From Nemertoderma westbladi (taxonomy: Eukaryota; Animalia; Xenacoelomorpha), in assembly GCA_032718475.1 (NCBI GenBank), contig JAUCBJ010007761.1, positions 1 through 61,197 on the forward strand: DNA of 61,197 nucleotides, in the 5' to 3' direction. Made by a program: the position numbers and the translations under genes. This document shows, piece by piece, positions 58,402-61,197 of this stretch (its first letter is position 1; each line of letters opens with the position of its first letter). The notes beneath the pieces were generated by a model. That model saw only the letters and a program-made list of their open reading frames with translations. It searched no databases and was not told where the DNA came from.

Positions 58402-61197
58402 ATGTGTTCTAATCCGAATTTAACCATTATATCCTACAATTCGACCGGTTTTGGGTTGGATAAGATTGATTTGATTGATTCTCTTGTAAATAGTGCAGAT
58501 ATTGTTTGCTTACAGGAACATTTTCTTTTGGAGTCATGTTGTAATATTAAGCTAAAGCAGTTTTTTCCTGATTGCCATTTCAGCGCAGTACCAGCCACTT
58601 ACTTAAATGGTGAGGGCAATAGTAGAGGTAGGCCCAGTGGGGGATTGTGTATTATATGGAAGAAATCAATTAGTAAATACGTATCCGTGGTTACAAACGG
58701 TTCTAGTAATTCTAGGCTGCAGGCGATTGAACTAAAAATTAAATTTCCTCAGTCTGAGTCTAGTTTATTGTTGTTAAACTCGTATTTCCCGGTGGATGAG
58801 CGTTTATCTACTTTGGCATCTGATGAGTTACCTTTATTACTAAATAGTATTGAGTCACTTATTTCTAATTCTAGCTGTGCAAATGTACTGCTTGGTGGAG
58901 ATTTAAATTGTGATTTTAGTCGGAACAACATTCATGTAAATCTAATTAGAGAGTTTATTGAATCTAAATTGTTTAACGTGCTGTGGGATATACAACCGAT
59001 CGATTATACATATATGTCTCATGCCAATGGTGTTGTTTATAAATCTACGTTAGACCATTTTATTCTTAGCGACCGGTTGTCTCAGGGAAATTTTGAATCA
59101 GATGTAATTCATTTGGGTAATAACCTTTCAGGGCATTCTCCTATTTATTTTAAAATACCTATTAGTGCATTGGACTTGACTGTGCAAAACACATCGAAGC
59201 CAATTCGATTTAATTTTGGTAGAGCTTCTGATGAGCAACGGTCTCAATTTAGTAATGATCTAAATTTATTGTTAGAAAACTGCAATTTACCGTATGGAAT
59301 AGTAAATTGTACTGATATTAATTGTAGTTTACCTGAACATCGTATGGGTTTAGAAAAATTCGCTTTGGATATATTGGACGCGGTTGACTCAGCAGCACAC
59401 TGCCTCCCTAAGTCAGGGGGTCCGGAAAGTGAGACCCCAATAAGAACTGAAATTATCCCTGGATGGAATAGTCAAGTTAAGCCCTTTAAAGATGAAGCCA
59501 TATTTTGGCACTCAGTGTGGTGTGCTGCGGGGAGACCAAATTCCTCACAAAGTAACCTATTTTTCATGAGACAGAGTAGCCGGGCTCAATATAAATATGC
59601 AGTACGACGTGTTAAACGTAATATTGATACATTGAAAAGAGATAGGCTATTAAATGCGTCCCTTTCTGGTAATATAAATATTTTTGATGAGATTAGAAAA
59701 TTACGAGGTTCATCTGTCGTGCAAAGTACTTCAATCGAAGGTTTAACGGATTCACAGGAAATTGCTAATAAATTTGCTGATATTTATAAAGTATTATATA
59801 ACCAAGAGCCTAATTCAGGTAGTGTCAATGATATAAATAGTAAATTAAATGAGTGTATAGCAAATTTTAATATTGATAGTTTTGAGCCAGTTACCATGGA
59901 AACCATACACACTGCTTTGCAGCATTTAAAGAGTGGTAAAAGTGACGTTATATATGGATTTGATTCAGGCTGTTTGATTTATGGCGGACCTGCATTAGAA
60001 ACATTAATAGCAAAACTGTTCAATGCTTTTCTGGTACACGGTGTTATTTCGAAATGTTTATTGTCAATATCCATGGTACCTATTGTGAAAAACAATTTAG
60101 GAGATATTACAGCTATTACTAATTATAGGGCCATCGCAATAGCGTCATTGTTACTTAAAGTATTTGAGTGGGTGCTGCTGATATCTGAGGGAGAAAAACT
60201 GGATTTAGACCACTTGCAGTTTGGTTTCCGTGAGAAATCGAGCACAGTAATGTGCTCGTGGACAGCAACGGAGGTCATTAATTACTATATGCGAAAGTCA
60301 ACACCAGTCTATGGTTGCTTGTTGGACTTCACCAAAGCTTTTGATTTGGTTGAATGGAGAAAGCTTTTCCTTGAGCTGATCAAAAAAGGTTTTTCTCCCT
60401 TATATCTTAGGTGTTTGTTGTTTATTTATAGAACACAAATGTGTGCAGTGAGATGGAATAACGTTTTGTCATTTGATTTTTCTATTACTAATGGAGTTAG
60501 GCAAGGGTCGGTTATTTCACCGGTCCTGTTCTGTGTTGTTTTAAATGTGCTGATTTCACGGCTCAGACAGGCAAAAATAGGTTGTTATATTGGTGCTCAG
60601 TTTTATGGTTGTCCGTCCTTTGCGGACGATATGTTTCTATTGTGCCCGTCCGTAATTGGCCTACAATACATGATTAATATTTGCAAAGATTTTTGTAAAG
60701 AGTATAAATTACAGATTAGTACTGATATTGATCCGAAAAAAAGTAAAACTAAATGTATCCCGTTCCAGAACACATGGAAGCCGCCTAGTGTGAATATTTC
60801 AGTAAATAACGTTACACTACCATGGGTTGAGAAAGGGCTACATTTAGGAATTCTGCTTAATTTTACGTGTAGTGTCAATATAGATATACAGCGTAAGAGA
60901 GGTGCATTTATAGGAAAATTGGCAAATTTAAGGCAGGAATTTTCATTCGCTCACCCGCGGTGCTTGTCTAACATTCAACGTATTTATGCGACAAGTTTTT
61001 ATGGAAGCCCAGTTTGGGATTTGGCTTCTGATGAATGCCGTAGAATATACACCGCTTGGAATACGAATGTGCGCTACATTTATCATCTGCCGTATAACAG
61101 CCATAGGTTCATAGTAGAAGATATTGTTAATTTTCCCCACCCTAAGGTTATGCTCAGTAAACGTTTAGTTAAATTTGCAACTAGTGTTTTGACTTCT
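58402..61197 (+). CDS. LINE ORF2 (AP endonuclease plus reverse transcriptase), open to the window edge; Proto2/RTEX-like (clade tentative)
   Basis: Not in the ORF track because no stop is reached. Manual translation: MCSNPNLTIISYNSTG, CLQEH, GRPSGG, GGDLN, LDHF, SGHSP, FWHSVWCAAGRP, NYRAIA, QFGFR, LLDFTKAFD, GVRQGSVISP, FADD. Confidence 0.92.
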   Translation, partial: MCSNPNLTIISYNSTGFGLDKIDLIDSLVNSADIVCLQEHFLLESCCNIKLKQFFPDCHFSAVPATYLNGEGNSRGRPSGGLCIIWKKSISKYVSVVTNGSSNSRLQAIELKIKFPQSESSLLLLNSYFPVDERLSTLASDELPLLLNSIESLISNSSCANVLLGGDLNCDFSRNNIHVNLIREFIESKLFNVLWDIQPIDYTYMSHANGVVYKSTLDHFILSDRLSQGNFESDVIHLGNNLSGHSPIYFKIPISALDLTVQNTSKPIRFNFGRASDEQRSQFSNDLNLLLENCNLPYGIVNCTDINCSLPEHRMGLEKFALDILDAVDSAAHCLPKSGGPESETPIRTEIIPGWNSQVKPFKDEAIFWHSVWCAAGRPNSSQSNLFFMRQSSRAQYKYAVRRVKRNIDTLKRDRLLNASLSGNINIFDEIRKLRGSSVVQSTSIEGLTDSQEIANKFADIYKVLYNQEPNSGSVNDINSKLNECIANFNIDSFEPVTMETIHTALQHLKSGKSDVIYGFDSGCLIYGGPALETLIAKLFNAFLVHGVISKCLLSISMVPIVKNNLGDITAITNYRAIAIASLLLKVFEWVLLISEGEKLDLDHLQFGFREKSSTVMCSWTATEVINYYMRKSTPVYGCLLDFTKAFDLVEWRKLFLELIKKGFSPLYLRCLLFIYRTQMCAVRWNNVLSFDFSITNGVRQGSVISPVLFCVVLNVLISRLRQAKIGCYIGAQFYGCPSFADDMFLLCPSVIGLQYMINICKDFCKEYKLQISTDIDPKKSKTKCIPFQNTWKPPSVNISVNNVTLPWVEKGLHLGILLNFTCSVNIDIQRKRGAFIGKLANLRQEFSFAHPRCLSNIQRIYATSFYGSPVWDLASDECRRIYTAWNTNVRYIYHLPYNSHRFIVEDIVNFPHPKVMLSKRLVKFATSVLTS

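Noticed and set aside
58815-59245. CTGATGAG motifs as hammerhead ribozyme cores
   Set aside because: They are in-frame Ser-Asp-Glu codons of ORF2 without the flanking stems and GAAA.

Overview
AT-rich eukaryotic DNA, probably an invertebrate animal, made almost entirely of nested transposable elements. The main parts are: (1) a cluster of one BEL/Pao LTR-retrotransposon family on the minus strand, comprising a solo LTR (7706-8951, TSD CAGTC), a rearranged 21-kb copy (9707-31041, TSD CGGTT) and a second, deleted copy nested in its 3' LTR (10475-17715, TSD CACAG) that itself contains the 5' end of an RTE LINE; (2) a near-complete Gypsy element (34793-40631, 280-bp LTRs, TSD AATG) whose Gag has SAP-like and SCAN-like domains, sitting inside a hAT-type MITE; (3) piggyBac-, Harbinger- and Helentron-type non-autonomous elements, a decayed Merlin transposase, RTE and CR1/L2 fragments and several tandem repeats; (4) an apparently intact two-ORF LINE running off the right edge; (5) one clear host-gene piece not in the ORF track, a terminal exon of a Ly6/uPAR three-finger GPI-anchored protein (47391-47629, minus). 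The strongest candidates for new biology are in the BEL/Pao family. It has no tRNA-type primer-binding site; instead the 12 nt abutting the 5' LTR are complementary to a site inside its own LTR, as in Tf1-type self-priming. It also carries a non-env accessory ORF region between integrase and the 3' LTR, flanked by plausible splice signals. All family assignments are from motif recognition by eye; no searches were run.
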